Source: the human T2T-CHM13v2.0 reference genome, Homo sapiens
NCBI RefSeq assembly: GCF_009914755.1
Contig: NC_060938.1
Direction: 5' to 3' (one strand)
Length of the DNA stretch: 64,000 nucleotides
A model generated the notes under the pieces. It was given only the letters and a program-made list of their open reading frames with translations, had not been told where the DNA came from and did no database searches. Every line of letters starts with the position of its first letter. Within the stretch, counting starts at the first letter, position 1. Below are positions 1 to 17,216 of the stretch, in pieces. The translations under genes and the position numbers were made by a program.

Positions 1-76
1 CCCCACTGCTCTAGGATGCCCTAGAAGGCATCTCATCTTTTGAGTTCTTGGATTCCAGTGAAGAGTCTGATATAGA

Positions 77-595
77 TTGGGTTGCATAGATGGATGGATG
101 AGGATGTAGAAGGATATATTGGTGAAAGTAAAATAAAATGGATGGATGGATGGATGGATGGATGGATGGAAAAATGGATGGGTAAATGGATGAATAGATG
201 AAAGAAAAATGAGTGTATGGATGGAAGGAAGAAAGAAAAGATGATGAATAGATGGATAGGTGGATAGAAAATGAATAGATAGGTGGAAAAATGGAAGGAA
301 AAGGGAAGGAAGGAAAGAAAAGGGAAGGAAGGAAGAAAAATGGATGGATGGATGGAAGGATAGATGGAAGGGAGGATGGAATAAAGGAAGGAAGAAAAGA
401 TGATGGACAGATGGATGAGTGAAAACAGATAAATGGGTGGAAGGAAAATGGATGGAAGGAAGAAGGAAGGGAAGGAAGGAAGGAAAGAAGAAGGAAGGAA
501 GGAAGGAAAGAAGAAGGAAGGAAGGAAGGAAAGAGAGAGGGAAGGAGGGAGGGAAGAAAGAAAATGTAGATGGGGGCAGATGGATGGATGAAAAT
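77..595. repeat. (GGAT)n/(GGAA)n purine-rich compound simple repeat
   Basis: Runs such as gatggatggatggatgga and aaggaaggaaggaaggaa; almost no C on plus. Confidence 0.95.
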
Positions 596-1805
596 CAGTG
601 ACATGGAGCTCATCCCATTCCAAGGCAGCCTGTGGTCACTGGAGGGAACTGGCAGACAAAAAGCCCTTCTTGGAGCTGCACTGATATGCATTTCCCTGTA
701 TTACAGAATTAGTTTGCCCAAGAACTTCCTTCTTTTCTTTTTCCATAGGTTTGCAGGCAGGAGAAAAGAGTGACAAAGTTTTTTCTTCCTCCTCTGTTCT
801 ATGCTCCCCGCTGATACCTCTGGTAGAGCATTCACCTACTGGGCTGTAGCCTGTTGGGTGCATTTTCCCCCTAATACCACAGGCTCTCAATTTCCAGCAC
901 AAAGCTCAGGACACCAGGAAACATCTGGTGATGGAAGGCTGAGGTCATAAAGGACAGCAATATCCCAGCCCACAGCAGGGTCCCCACACCTGCTGTACTG
1001 CATTCACTCGGTAGTGACTCCATTTCAAAAGGGGCCTCTCATGGGGTGGCCATGAGGAGCTGGAGCTTGTGAGCCCCTTAAAATGAAGGCAAAGTCATAT
1101 ACTTCACGTCTGCCCATTGCAAGAGTTCATCAAGAAAGACAGCACTGGTGTGTATTAAAAAACCACAATGTATTAAGTACCCGGCTCATATTTTCAACCA
1201 TTTAACTCCCAGAACAAACCAGCATCACCACCCCCATTCTGTGGATAGGGGAAATGGAAGCTAAGTTGAAACTGGTTTGCCCACAGCCACATAACTAGTT
1301 CATGGTGGAGCAAGACTTGAACCCAGGTCTCCTGCCTGGCTCTGTCTCTGCACCTCCACAGCTGAAGGAATGAGAGGTGAGCCGCCAGCAGTTATGTGCA
1401 GAAGGGGCTGATAGCAGGACAACGTGGGCCATTACCAGGCTCTCATTTCCCCTTCATTCCTCTGGAAGTCACTGAATAGACAAGGCAGGGAGGGCTCCGA
1501 CGACTACCTGGCACATGGAGGGTCCTGCACAGAGGGGAACTAAGGCGCATAGCAGAGAAACGGCTTGGCCATGGTCACAAATAAGAATGTGGCAGAAGTG
1601 GCCTGCTTGTAGGTGTCCTGTCCCCTTGACGTCGCCCTGTTTTGCTGTTCTGCTCCTACCTTCACTGGAGCCCATTTCACCCCTCCCAGCTCCCTGGCTG
1701 AGCCCCTCCTAGGCTACACTGTGTGCCCAGAGGGGTTGATTTGAGTCAGCCTCAAGCTGCACAATCCTGGGTGCTTCCTACTGACATTCACTCCTGGGAA
1801 GCCGG

Positions 1806-1854
1806 ATTAGTCAGGGGTCTCCAGAGAGCAGAGAACAGAACCAATAGGAGGTGT

Positions 1855-1903
<49 letters not shown>

Positions 1904-2262
1904 GAGATTTATTCTAAGAAATTGGCTCACATGATTATGGAGACTGGCAAATCCAAAATCTGCAGTGTAGACTGGCATCCTGGAGACCCAGGAAGAGCTG
2001 GTGTTCAAGGCCCAGTTCAAGGCCATGGGCCGCAGAATCCCTTCTTGCTCTAAGGTTGGTTTTTTGTCCTATGCGGGCCAGCAACCAATTGGATGAGGCC
2101 CACGCATGGGATGGAGTACAGACCGCTTTATTTAAGGTCCACCCATTTAAATGTCAGTGCCATTCAAAAACACCCCCACAGAAACCTTTAGAATAATATT
2201 TGACCATATCCCTATCTGGGCACTGCGGCCCATTTAAGCTGACACGTGAGATTAACCGTCAC
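1806..2262 (-). mobile_element. MLT2-family solo LTR (ERVL) with an internal (TG)n
   Basis: attagtcaggggtctccagag...agaaccaatagga...aaattggctcacatgattatggag...attaaccgtcaca matches the MLT2 layout. Confidence 0.8.
1851..1900. repeat. (GT)n microsatellite, about 24 units with one interruption
   Basis: Direct reading. Confidence 0.97.
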
Positions 2263-3017
2263 AGAAGGTAAAACACCCATCCCACAAGGAGCTCCTGGGA
2301 TCCTCACAAACACAGGGCTCCACCCCTCGCCAGCCCTAGGGAACCTTGGACAAGTCACCTCATGTGTCTTCACTGTGCCCTCCACTGACGATGGGACTAA
2401 GAGTCCCCCACCTTGAGGCTGGGCCAAGGATCAAACAGGACGGTGCCCTTTATTACTCAGCAGAGTTGCTGGCATGCGGCGGTGACCAGGAGATGAGACT
2501 CAACAGCATCGTGCCCCTTAGGCTGCCACGCAGAGGGCCTGCCTGCCACCCCCCAGGCCCCGCCTTTCAGCTGCTGGTGGTCCTCTCTGCGTCTGTCACC
2601 TGTGGCTGATTCTTGAGCTCCATCCCCCGCCCTCCTCCTCGTCGGAAGCAGGCTGGCTGCAGCCTACCCTCTCTACTCACTCTCCAATACTCCCACCACT
2701 GGCTTCTGATTCAGCTCAGCCCTGGGGAAGTGTTTGTGTTAAGCTACCCCTTGTGTTGAAGACACCCCTTCCTGGCACCTGCCCACATGGTCCACATGGC
2801 CACCAGCACAGCCCCCTGGGGGCTGCTTTCCCCTACCCCTCACCACACAGGCACAGAGACACACATATGCACACCCACACATACACACAAGCACACAGGC
2901 CAGGATCAGCAGCTCTCCCGATGTGTAAAGAACATGTGGGGTGTGTAAAACCCCTTTTTGTCTCCATGGTGACAAAAGGGCTGCACCTCTTGGAGGACCT
3001 CCCTCCTGGACCAAAAG

Positions 3018-4510
<1,493 letters not shown>

Positions 4511-6129
4511 TAGTTCTAAAAATTATATAAGTTTGTTCAAAAATTGTTTACAGACACCTCCCCTGAGCCAGACACCGCGTGCATTCTAACCATACAGAGA
4601 CAAAAAGAGAAAGATGCGGCGTTTTCTTCGTGGCCTCCTGATGATACTTGCAGAGACTGCGCCGGCTGAGGGGCTACATGGATGCCTGACACAGACCCGG
4701 GTCATCCCAGGCCAGGGCCTGGACAGGCGGGGCTCGCTCCTTCATTCCTGAGGGCTCACACTGAGCCCCTGAGTGTATAGGGGGCTTGGCGGTCATTGTC
4801 CTGGCCATGAGCTGCCCCTTGGACAGGCCCGAGGACTGTCCTGCCCTATCCCAACTTTGCTAGAGCCCCAGCTTCAGGCATGGTTGGTCAGTGACCCTGG
4901 GAATGCTTCTCCACGGACAGAGGAGTGGCTCCCTCCCTCTGAACGCAGCAGGACCCTAACTCCATGTCATCTGTCACCAAGCACATGTGAGGGCTCCTCT
5001 GTGCCAGGCCCAGGGACACTAAGAGGTGTCACCATGGCCCTGCCCTCAGGGAGAAGGATGAGAAACAAACCCACCCAGCAGATCTACCCTCCCAGGCTAG
5101 AGACTGCGTCAGTGCATTGGATCAAATGTACTCACCCTCCACCTCCACACCCTGTGGGGTGTCTCCTCCAAGACTGAGGCTCACAGATGCCTCCCAGCAA
5201 GCCCAGCTCTTACCTCCCAACCAATCACTCTTCTCCACCGGAGCACCAGGCCGAGGACCAGCTGGCATTTGGAGCTGCCTTTAGCAAAAAGATGTGTATA
5301 ATCCCAGGAGTGCATGGGGCTGTCACTTCAGGAAGTTCCTGAGACCGAGGTCTGTGAGAGCGACAGTGGCCTCTCGGCTGCTGTTTCCCACTCAGCCCTA
5401 GGCATCGCCCCTGGCACCTGCAGAGAGGGAGAGAGGAATCCCCTACAGTATTTAAATTGGCTTTTAATCTCATTTTTCGCTGATCGTACATAGCTGAATG
5501 TGAGTGTAAAATAATGACCAGAGAGTGCAATGACACTGTAAGTCCCCAAATCCCTGTTCAGAGGGCTGTGTTCTGTGATGTGGGCTGCAGTTCCGTATGG
5601 GTCTATATGGGTCTACCATCTATTCTGTGATGTTTTGTGTATGAATGTGCACGCCAAGGGCTTCAGCCGTGCAGCTACGCCATGAGGGCTGCATTATACA
5701 AAATATCTAACCGCACAGAACAAGGTGACAAGGACAGCCATGGAGGCCACTGCCCACTGAGTGTGAGGATGGCCATGACACTAATCTCCTCAGAGTCTGT
5801 ACAAGGAGCAGGTGATGGGAGGCCACCTCCACGGCCCATCCCAGCGCTATCACTCCTGTATACATGAAATGGCACAGGAAGGCTTCATGGCAGAGCCCAT
5901 GGCTGATCCCAGCCTTTAGTTAGGGCCTCAGAGATGCACCATGATAGGTACGAGCCCAGGCGCTGACATCAGACAGACCTGGTTTCTAATCCTGGCTCTG
6001 CTCCTTACAGGCTGTTTGAGCTTGGAAGAATCAGTTACCCTCTCTGGGCCTCATTACTTTCATCTGCAAAGCAGAACAGATGACAATCACAGTGACCACA
6101 CAGGGAGGGGTGAGGGTGAAAACTAATCA

Positions 6130-6511
<382 letters not shown>

Positions 6512-7299
6512 TTATTGGTGTTGTTGAAACGTGTTCCCAGGGTGCGTGTGTGCAGCACCCATCTCTAGCAATCGGCCAGCCGCAGGCCTGAGCGGCACAC
6601 AGCAGCATTTTGCCTGTGAAAACATTTTGGTGCAATTTTCTGACCCGCAAAAATATTTTTACGGTGGAAATGCATGTCTGGCTTGGAACTGCTCAGTCTC
6701 ACTGGCTTGTTTAGCGTCTCAGGAAAATAAACAAAGGTGAATTTGTGGACACTAGGGGATGGACTCAAATCAAACAATGTGCCACTCGTCAGACCCCAGC
6801 GTACCCCCCTCCGCCCCACCCATCAGGGCAGCAGAACCTCAGACCAGGTCACCTGACCCAGCAGACTAAATAACCTCCTGGCGTCGCCTGGGAGGCCACT
6901 GAGCGCAGAGCCTCACAGCCTGGAGAGCCGCCAGCGCCCCAGGGCACTCATCCACCTTTCATTTCTCAGAGCAGGTGACAAAAGCCAGGGTGGAAAGGCA
7001 ACCTACTCAAATCACACGGCAAGACTCTGTGGGCATATTTGTTAGTTTGTTTAGATGTGTCTAATATAATTTACTGAGCACATGCTAATTGTCTGAGGAA
7101 GCCAGTGCCATCCCTTTTTACCAGAGAAAAATGTGGTTTGGGGAGGTCACCTGGCATGCCCCAGGTCATGGTACACAGGGGCTGGGGCCTCCAGCTTCCT
7201 TCCTTCCCTCTGCAGCTGGGAAGCCTGTGCCCTGTTTTCCAATCAGCTGACTTTGTCCAGAGAGATGGTAGGAAATTAAAGAACAAGCAGAAGTCTTGA

Positions 7300-7775
7300 C
7301 AAAAAAAAACAGGGTTCCCAGCATCATCATTTAGTAAGTGTGCAGCCATGGACAGCCCAGGAAGGGTCTCTGAAATCCACAGTCATCCTCTAAAGTGACA
7401 GGTCCATGTGGTGGAATACTACGCAGCAACAAACAGGAACCAACTATGAGCACACACACTGCAACCTGGCTGACTCTCACACACATCACATGGAGGGAAG
7501 GATGCCAGGCAGAGAAGCACTCTCCGGGCACATCCATTTATGTGAAGTTCAAGAGCAGACAAAACTCCTGGGGTGATGAAGGCCAGAACAGGGATTGCGT
7601 CTGGGGCGGGCTAGGGGCTGAAAGGATGCACGAGAAACAGCCCACCTCGTGGTGTCGGGGGTGGTAATCTGGGGTCTACACAGGCAAAAATTCACCCGGC
7701 TGCACCCCCAGAGATCCATGCTGTTTAATAATTGTAAACCAGGCCTCCACACAAATAATGACAATAAAATAAAAC
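7300..7775 (+). mobile_element. Old L1M 3'-end fragment
   Basis: tggaatactacgcagcaac...tccatttatgtgaagttcaagagcagacaaaact, ending in an aataaaa A-rich tail. Confidence 0.7.
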
Positions 7776-9217
7776 AATCATGACAAAAGTGCCTGCTTCA
7801 CAGAGGTGAATTACGCCGTGGTAAGAAGGCAGCGCAACACTTCTTTTGTTGTTGTCTTGATCAGCATTTTGAAGTCACACATTCTGCCCCTTCACTTCCA
7901 GACTGACTGAATGACTAGGTAGATTCATTCGTAGCTCAGTCATGTATTCATTTATTTATTCACTCAGCACACCTGTGGGGCTCCAAAGACGGAACTCAGT
8001 GCAGGCACTGACACGATCTGGCAGGCATTGCAGCAAAACCTTCCTGGCCCTGGCGGGGATGGTGGAGGGGGAGGGAGGGGACAGGAGAGGAGGCCAGTCC
8101 AGCCGGGAAGAGATTAGAAGGCAAGGTCTTGGGTCTTCAGCTGGTTCCTGGCAAGTCCCTCCGATTAGATCATTCACCGCAAGAGTCCTACCAGAAGCTC
8201 TCCTGCTCACTATTTGACCACCTGAGATGCTCAGCGAGGTCTGCTCATGGCAGAGGCAGCCATGGAAACCACGGCCCTCACTTCTTCCCAGCCACAGGTG
8301 TCTCTCATGTGCCTCCAGGTGTGGACATTTGGAGGGACCCAGAAGGTCATCGTGGAGAGAAAGCTGGGCCTGGCCCAAGGCCACTCGTGCAGCCCACTGG
8401 GCTGGATCCACGTGGATAGACCCAGAATTAAAACACAAATGAGCAAACAAAAAACAGGCAAGAGTTCCCCTTTTGTACAAAACGTCAGTCCTGCTACTTT
8501 TCTTTCTCATTAACAGAACGATGTAGCAGCAAGTGTGCTAAGTGCTGGGACCTGGTGAGGAAGACACGACTGGCCCCTGCCTTCATGGCCTGTGATGTTG
8601 GGAGGTGGGCAGGGAGTTCCCGATAACTGCACAGTGCCAAACTCACGGTCACTGCTGTGAGCAGCGCCAAGAGGAAAAATCATGCACGGATGTAGGTGTC
8701 AGGGAGGCCTGGCCTCGTCTGCCAGTGCAGGGAGACCTCCAAGAGGAGCAGGCATTTCAAGGATGAGGCAGCATCAACCAGATGGCAGGAGGGGGTTGGG
8801 GAAAGTGCATAAGCAGAGGAAGCTGCATGTCAAAGGTGCTGAGCAGAGGCACGGATGAACAAGATGAGGCTGTGGTCCGGGGCGCGGGGCTGGTGCAGAG
8901 AAACTCGAGATGAGGCCAGACCCACTCAGGCCAGGCCCCGAGGCCTCAGCAAGGATCTGGGTCCTTGTGTGAGCAGTGGGGACAGGCTCAGAGGGCTCTG
9001 AGGGTTAAGCAGGAGCCCGGTTTGGTGAGAATTAGAGGTCTTACCACCTCATTCTGGCCTCCAGGTAGAGAGTGGCTTCGAGGAAGCAGGCAGGAGAATT
9101 CCAGAACCAGTAAGAGTCATCCAGGCAAGAGGGAGGAGGGTGTAAGCATGGGCTGGACAGAGACTGGGTTTCAGCCATCCTACTGTTGCCAGAGGGCTTA
9201 AGCGGGTCTCCAGACAC

Positions 9218-10356
<1,139 letters not shown>

Positions 10357-10639
10357 TAGCAGGTGTAATCCCCTGGGACTTGTTTCCCAGGCAGAGGTGG
10401 AGGGTCCAGAGAGAGATTCAGGATGATGCCCAAACTTCCACATGAAACATCTGAGTGAGGATGTTTGGGGGCCTCTCAAGTGCAAAATGTCCTCTTCTGT
10501 TATCAACACAGAACACTAGCATTTGCAGAACCTGTTTGGTGTGGTCACCCTAGCCGCTGTTGAAATCCGGGCTAAACCCAGGAGTGTTGGAGAAGGGAGT
10601 CCAGATCCCTTGCTCCCTTCCCCACCCAGCCAGCGCTTC

Positions 10640-10780
10640 TCCGACGGAACGTGAATGCAAGTCACCTGGGCATCTTGGTAAAATGTAGGCTGTCATTATG
10701 TAGGTCTGGGGTGGGCCCTAAAAGCTGCAGTCTAACAGCTGATGCTATTAATCCTAGACCACACTTTGAGTAGCAAGGGG
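10640..10780. mobile_element. MER5A-like hAT-Charlie MITE
   Basis: tcacctggg...gtaggtctggggtgggccct...gaccacactttgagtagcaagg. Confidence 0.75.
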
Positions 10781-11227
10781 TTATGCAAATGCTTCCCCTG
10801 TACCAAGTCAGAGACCACCCCAAGTTTCCAACCCATGGTAGAACCAGGAGTGTAGTCAGTATCGCCAGTTTTCCCCCAGCCCATCCCACCCTCAAAGGCA
10901 GAAGTTCTGCTTCTCTCTCTCAATCCTGTCCTCAGCTGTCCCCAGGAGTCCTGTGAGGTTGTCATTGGCATGCTTGTGACCATGTCTCCTGCCCACCTGC
11001 TCCAGGGCCCCAGGGTTTGAAGACATTAAGACTCCTGAGGCCTTCAAGGCCACCCTAAAGGAGTTCCTGGGCCCTGCTACAGTGAAGCTCAGCTGGTGGG
11101 CTCTGAGGGGCATCCAGGCAGACAGACCCAAGTGACATGAGGCACATGAGGGTCTGGACCAGGAGAGCCCTGGGCGGGAGGCGCTCCATGAACAGATCCT
11201 AGCAGAGGCCCTGGAGGTGGAGGACAT

Positions 11228-11682
11228 TTGTTTCCTAGAGCTGCTATGTAAACAAACAAACAAACGAAACACAAAATGAGTGGCTTAAAATAATAGAAAT
11301 CTACTCTCTCACAATTCCAGAGGCTAGAAGTCCAGAATCAGGGCGTCAGCAGGGCATGCTGTCTCTGGAGGCTAGAGAAAGAATCTTTCCTTGCTTCTTC
11401 CAGTTGCTGGCAATCCATGGCAATTATTGGCCAATGGCAGCCTCGCTCCAGTCTCTGTCTCTGTCTCCCCATAGCCTCTCCTCTCTGTGTGCCTCTCTGT
11501 CTTCACACAGCCTCTTATGGCGACCCCAGACACTGGGTTTAGGGCCCACCTTAACCCACTATGACCTCGTCTTAGTTTGACTACATCTGCAATGGCCCTA
11601 TTTCCAAATGTGGCCACATTCACAGGTGCCCGGGGCCAGGACTTCAGCATATCTTTCAAGGAGACACCACCAAGCCACAACA
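11228..11682 (-). mobile_element. MLT1-family MaLR solo LTR
   Basis: tttcctagagctgct...gtggcttaaaataatagaaat...tctcacaattccagaggctagaagtcc...ccctatttccaaat...ccacaaca. Confidence 0.85.
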
Positions 11683-12726
11683 GTGGAGGAACCCAAAGCA
11701 AGGAGGGGCCGGGAGCCTCCCACACTGCTCAGACAGGCGGCCCACTCACAAGCACATCACCTGCCGGCCCTCGACATCTGCGGACTAGCTAGAGGACTGC
11801 CCTCTGCTCCACCTCTCAGGGCCATCCAGAAGTGAACCCCTTGCCTGTAAATTCTGGCCCATTGGCTATAAACTGTTTGTAAGGTTTTAAATAAACACTT
11901 ACAGCCCTTCTGAAGTCTGGTGACTCAACACTCACTCGGGGCTTTGGCAATTGTCAGCAAACTCCACAGCCTCAGACCCCGAAAACAAACCAAAGGGCAG
12001 AGCCACCCACAGAGGCCTGCGAGGAGGGTTCCCATGGCGACAGCCCAAACCAAGGTCCCTCCTAGCACCCTGCCAGGGCCAAACCAGCTGTGGGGATGTG
12101 GGGATGCAACTGAGGAAGGTGGGGAGGGGCACGTTCCTCTTCTGGCTGAGACGCTACCTGGAGGGTGGGAACTCAGCATCCTTCCCTTGCCAGCCTCAGT
12201 TTCCCATGTTGTTCAAAGAGGTCCAGTTCAGGCCTGTAATGGGATGGTTCAGTGAGAAGATTTTCCTCCCCTCAGGTGGGCTGGGCCTGGAGACGAGCCC
12301 TTCTGTTTGCCATGATGGAAGTCATGGGACCTCAGTTTCCCTATCAAAAAGACAGATGGCTGATTTATCCCGTGTCACATCTGGCCGATATTCCTTTACA
12401 GCCCAGGTCATAAGGTGGCCACCTGTGCGAAAAATTAAGACCCCAGATGGGGTTAGTTGGGCTACCAAAGGGTGGGTTTTAAATGCTTCAAAAATAGTAG
12501 CCTGTATTTTAAAATGGGGAAATTGCATATGAAAAATCTGGATCTCAAGCTTTCCAAGAAAAATCGCATCTGGCAGCATGGGGCCGACATAGCCTTCTGG
12601 GCTGGGTTTGGCACCTGCTTCTCGGTGGGCACGTGCCAGGCCCCCTTCCCCAGGTTCCTTGGGCCCGAAAACCAGCCCTGCTCAACTTTGCCCCTCTGCT
12701 GCTGTTTCTTTATCACCAGACACTGA

Positions 12727-13143
<417 letters not shown>

Positions 13144-13569
13144 TGAGACGGGAAGAATGGCCTAGATATTTTATGGACACATAAGACTTCTCATCAGCCA
13201 CCCAGCCAGCCTAGCATCAGTATGGAGACCTCCTAGGTTACAGTCCACCCACTGCTTTCCCCAGTGTCATGCTTCTGGAAGCTTCCACCAAAGTGCACCG
13301 ATCAAAGTGGCCATTTGCTAGAGATTCAAGCACAGGCTCCAGGCTCCTCTAGGAGTGGGAACCCCAGACTGCACTCTCTCACTGTGAGGCCTCGGGCAAG
13401 TTGCTTAACCTTCCTAAGCCTCAGCTTCCTCATCTATAAACAGCACCTATGCATAGGAGAATGAGAGAGTGAAGTGAAGACAACGAATGAAAAACGATTC
13501 CCATGCTGATTGGCAGCTATTTGTGTTGTTACGGTTGTTTTTCTATTGCTGCTGTTGCTAGATGGCTTA

Positions 13570-14030
13570 TGTCTCAGTGGTATTCTCCCACATGCAGACT
13601 CTGAGACCAGAATTCAGTGCAGATATTTTATGTGTGGAGGAGGCAGGATTCCAGGAAATACCAGTAGAGGAGTGGGAAAGTGAGACAAAGAAGGCAAAGC
13701 AGCCGGGAAGTCACAGCCACTGTGTTGTCATTACCTCTGTGACAACTCACATCCAATTGTGCTGGAGAGCTCCAGCCAACAAAGCAGTCACAAGTCAGAG
13801 TTCTCCATGCACCCCAGCCTACTAGCAAGGGAGCTGTGGTATTGATACGCCCACTCCCAGCGCTCAGTGGGTGAAGGCTGCTGCCAGAAGTTGTTCATCT
13901 CCTGGGGCTTTCTCTTCTGCAGCAGAGAAAGCCCTCAAACGCAGAAAGGATGCTTCCAAGTTTGGAAGCTGGGTGGTGAGTCCTGAAGTGTTCAGGGTGC
14001 GGAGATCTGGACAGGGTACCAAGAACGCCT
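13570..14030. mobile_element. LTR16-like ERVL LTR relic
   Basis: gcagactctgagaccagaattcagtgcagatattttat...ccaggaaataccagtagaggagtgggaaagtgagac. Confidence 0.55.
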
Positions 14031-15254
14031 GCTAGACTCATGCTTGTCTTTTACATGGATGCAAAATTTGCATTCGATTCCATCATATCCCCATGCTGGG
14101 TGTAATATAAAAATATATTGGTCTCCCCCTCCCCACCAAGAATGGAGGAAAGCTGGTATTATAGAAATGGCTATGCTTGCCCTGCATCTCCTATACTCCC
14201 TGGCATGCTTGCTGGACACAAACACACCTGAGAAAGCCATGACCCAGTGTGGAAAAACGGGGTGTACCTTATCTCATTTGAACCCCCTGTCACTCTTGTG
14301 CACTTGGCATGCATTATCCCCATTTCACAGGTAAGAAAACTGAGGCCTAGGGTGTTCAGTAATTTGTTCACACTAGTAAGGAGGTGAAACCCACCAGACA
14401 ATGGCCCTTTAGCAGCAAAGACCCCATGGAGCCCAGGCTGTTCAGTGGATCCCCTAGAATCCTGTTCAGGGAAATAGCCCCGTGAGATCAAGGGTCTCCT
14501 GGGAGGGAGGAGTAGTGAAAGCTGACTTAGGTCTTAGAAAGACCCCTCTGGGGTCTTCCCTGCACAGGGAAGGGATCCAAACAGACTGAGCAGGCACAGG
14601 AGAGCGGCAGGACTCAGCTTCATAATCCAGGGAGACAGGCGGCTGTCTGGGCGCGAGTTCTGGCTGGGCTGAGGAGGAGGAGGGCCAGACCAAGGCCTGT
14701 GATGGAGGAGGAATTGGCCAGGCCTGGGGATCCTTGGGTAAGGAGTAAGGAAATGATTAGGAAGGTGACAGGCATGACTCCCAGTTTCCAGCTTGGGCAA
14801 CTGGGAAGATGGTGGGGCCCTTTAATCCAGGAAGCAAGAGGAGGAGGAGGCGTGGCTGTGGAGGGGCTGCAAGACGATCAGTTCTCAATGAATTGATGTT
14901 GGAGGACTCCACGGGGAGATGTTCAGGACAGACATAGGGGTCTGGAAATGAGAGAAATGTCTCCATCCTGGAAACTTGTATCTGAGGATCCACTGAGTAA
15001 TTAAGGCCATAGGAGTAGAAGATGTCACCAGAGAGAAGAAGGGAGGGGAGGGGAGGAGAGGAATGCCCAGGACAGAGCCTGGGGAGCCTCCTCAACCAGG
15101 GCCAGGCAAAGGATGTCTCCATGTGGGAGCCTATGCTGGGGTCCAGAGGCCCAGGGAGAACCCAAAGGAAGGAGGATGTGGCCGCCAAGAGCAGAGTGTT
15201 AGGCTCCTGGAGTCTCCCTGGGGCCAGCATACAGTGGTTGCTCTAAAAAGATTT

Positions 15255-15474
<220 letters not shown>

Positions 15475-16414
15475 TCATAGCGTTTTGCAGCTTCCAAGTT
15501 CTACCATAACCACAGGCCCATTTGACTGTTAGAAGAGGCAAGCAACACTGATTCCACACTACAAACTGAAAACCCAAGCCAGCATCAACTGCAGTGGCTG
15601 GGTGGAGAGCTGAGTTTGTAGGTGCTTCACTAAGTAATTTCTCTGGCCTTAATCCTGCATAACTGTTGGGCCCTTCCTGGGCTCCCTGCGGCTCTGTCTG
15701 GCCCTGGGGGCCAAATAGGGCAACTAATTGGTGCTCTGGGGTTAAGCACTTTCCCAGAGCCCAGCTCTGCACCCCCTCCCACCACCCCTCACACTCCTAA
15801 ACACCAGGCTAGTTGCATGGACCAAGTGGGATATTTGCGTGTGAGAACTGATTGGTTTTTGACAAATCCAGCTTGGCCTCTTTTTAGCACCTACTCATCC
15901 CCCAGGGGCTGGAAACCTGATATTTTAATGATTTGCTCCAGACCCTTTAGGAGGTGGGGAGGTGATTTTTGTGGAGCTGAATTCCCAGTGGAGGTAGGCC
16001 TGGTAGATGTAATTAGCAGGTGAGGATTCCATGGGCTGGGAAATCAGGTGCTGTCAGCACAGGCATGGCCCTTGCCGTTAACCCACTTCAAATGCCTCTT
16101 CCTCTCATTTCCCGGCAATGTAGGGGTAGGCTTCCCAGCCTAGGGATAAGAGAGAGGCTTTAGGAGAGGGCTCTCTTGTCTTGGGACTGGACAAATTTTC
16201 CCCTCTGCTCCTGTTTGGTCCCAACTTGCCTGTTTTCCCTCAACCCTTTTTCTTTCTTTTCTAAAAGATTTTTTCTACATCCTTTTGATCCTTTCTTAGA
16301 ATCACAGAATCTCAAAAGGAGAAGGAGGCTAAAGTTCTACCTCTTTGTCTTATAAATGCAGAAACCAAGGTCCATGAAGATAAAGAACTTATCCAATGTT
16401 ACAGTTAGTTAATA

Positions 16415-17216
16415 TGATCATTATCATCTCCACCATCATCATTATAACTATCATTATTGTTACCATCATCATCGTATCATTACCGTCACCACCATCATAC
16501 TCATTATTTTCACCATCATCACCACCACCACCCTATCATCACCATCATCACCACCATCACCATCATTACCATCATAATCACCATTACCACCACCACCATC
16601 ACCATCACCATCACCCCCAGCATAATCACCACCACAATGACCATTATCACTATCACTCACATCATCACCATCACAATCACCATCACCACTACCATCACCA
16701 TCACCACCATCGTCATCACCATTACCACCATCATCACTATCACCACTACCGTCACCATCACCATCACCACCATCGTCATCACCATCACCATCATCACTAT
16801 CACCACTACCATCACCATCACCACCATCGTCATCACCATCATCACCATCACAATCATCATCACCACTACCATCACCATCACCACCATCACCACCATCACC
16901 ACCACCATCACAATCACCATCACCACCATCACAATCACCATCACCACTACCATCACCACCACCACCATCATCATCACCATCATCACTATCACTACTATCA
17001 TCATCACCACAATTGTCATCACCATCATCACCATCACAATCACCATCATCACAACCAACCACCATTATGATCACCATAATTATCATCATCATCATCACCA
17101 TCACCATTATCATCAACACCCTTATCACCATCACCATCAACATCATCACCATCATCATCATCACCACCATTACCACCCCATCATCATTTCTTTATTACCA
17201 TCATTATTATCATCAT
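16415..17216. repeat. About 800-bp (CAY)n-type degenerate trinucleotide tandem repeat
   Basis: Continuous CAC/CAT/TAC/TAT/AAT triplets; source of the poly-His and Ile/Thr ORFs. Confidence 0.95.

Noticed and set aside
11-691. 226-aa and 196-aa Ser/Phe/Pro/Leu-rich ORFs
   Set aside because: Translations of the (TTCC/ATCC)n simple repeat
16680-16990. CRISPR-like array
   Set aside because: Eukaryotic low-complexity repeat with no unique spacers and no cas genes
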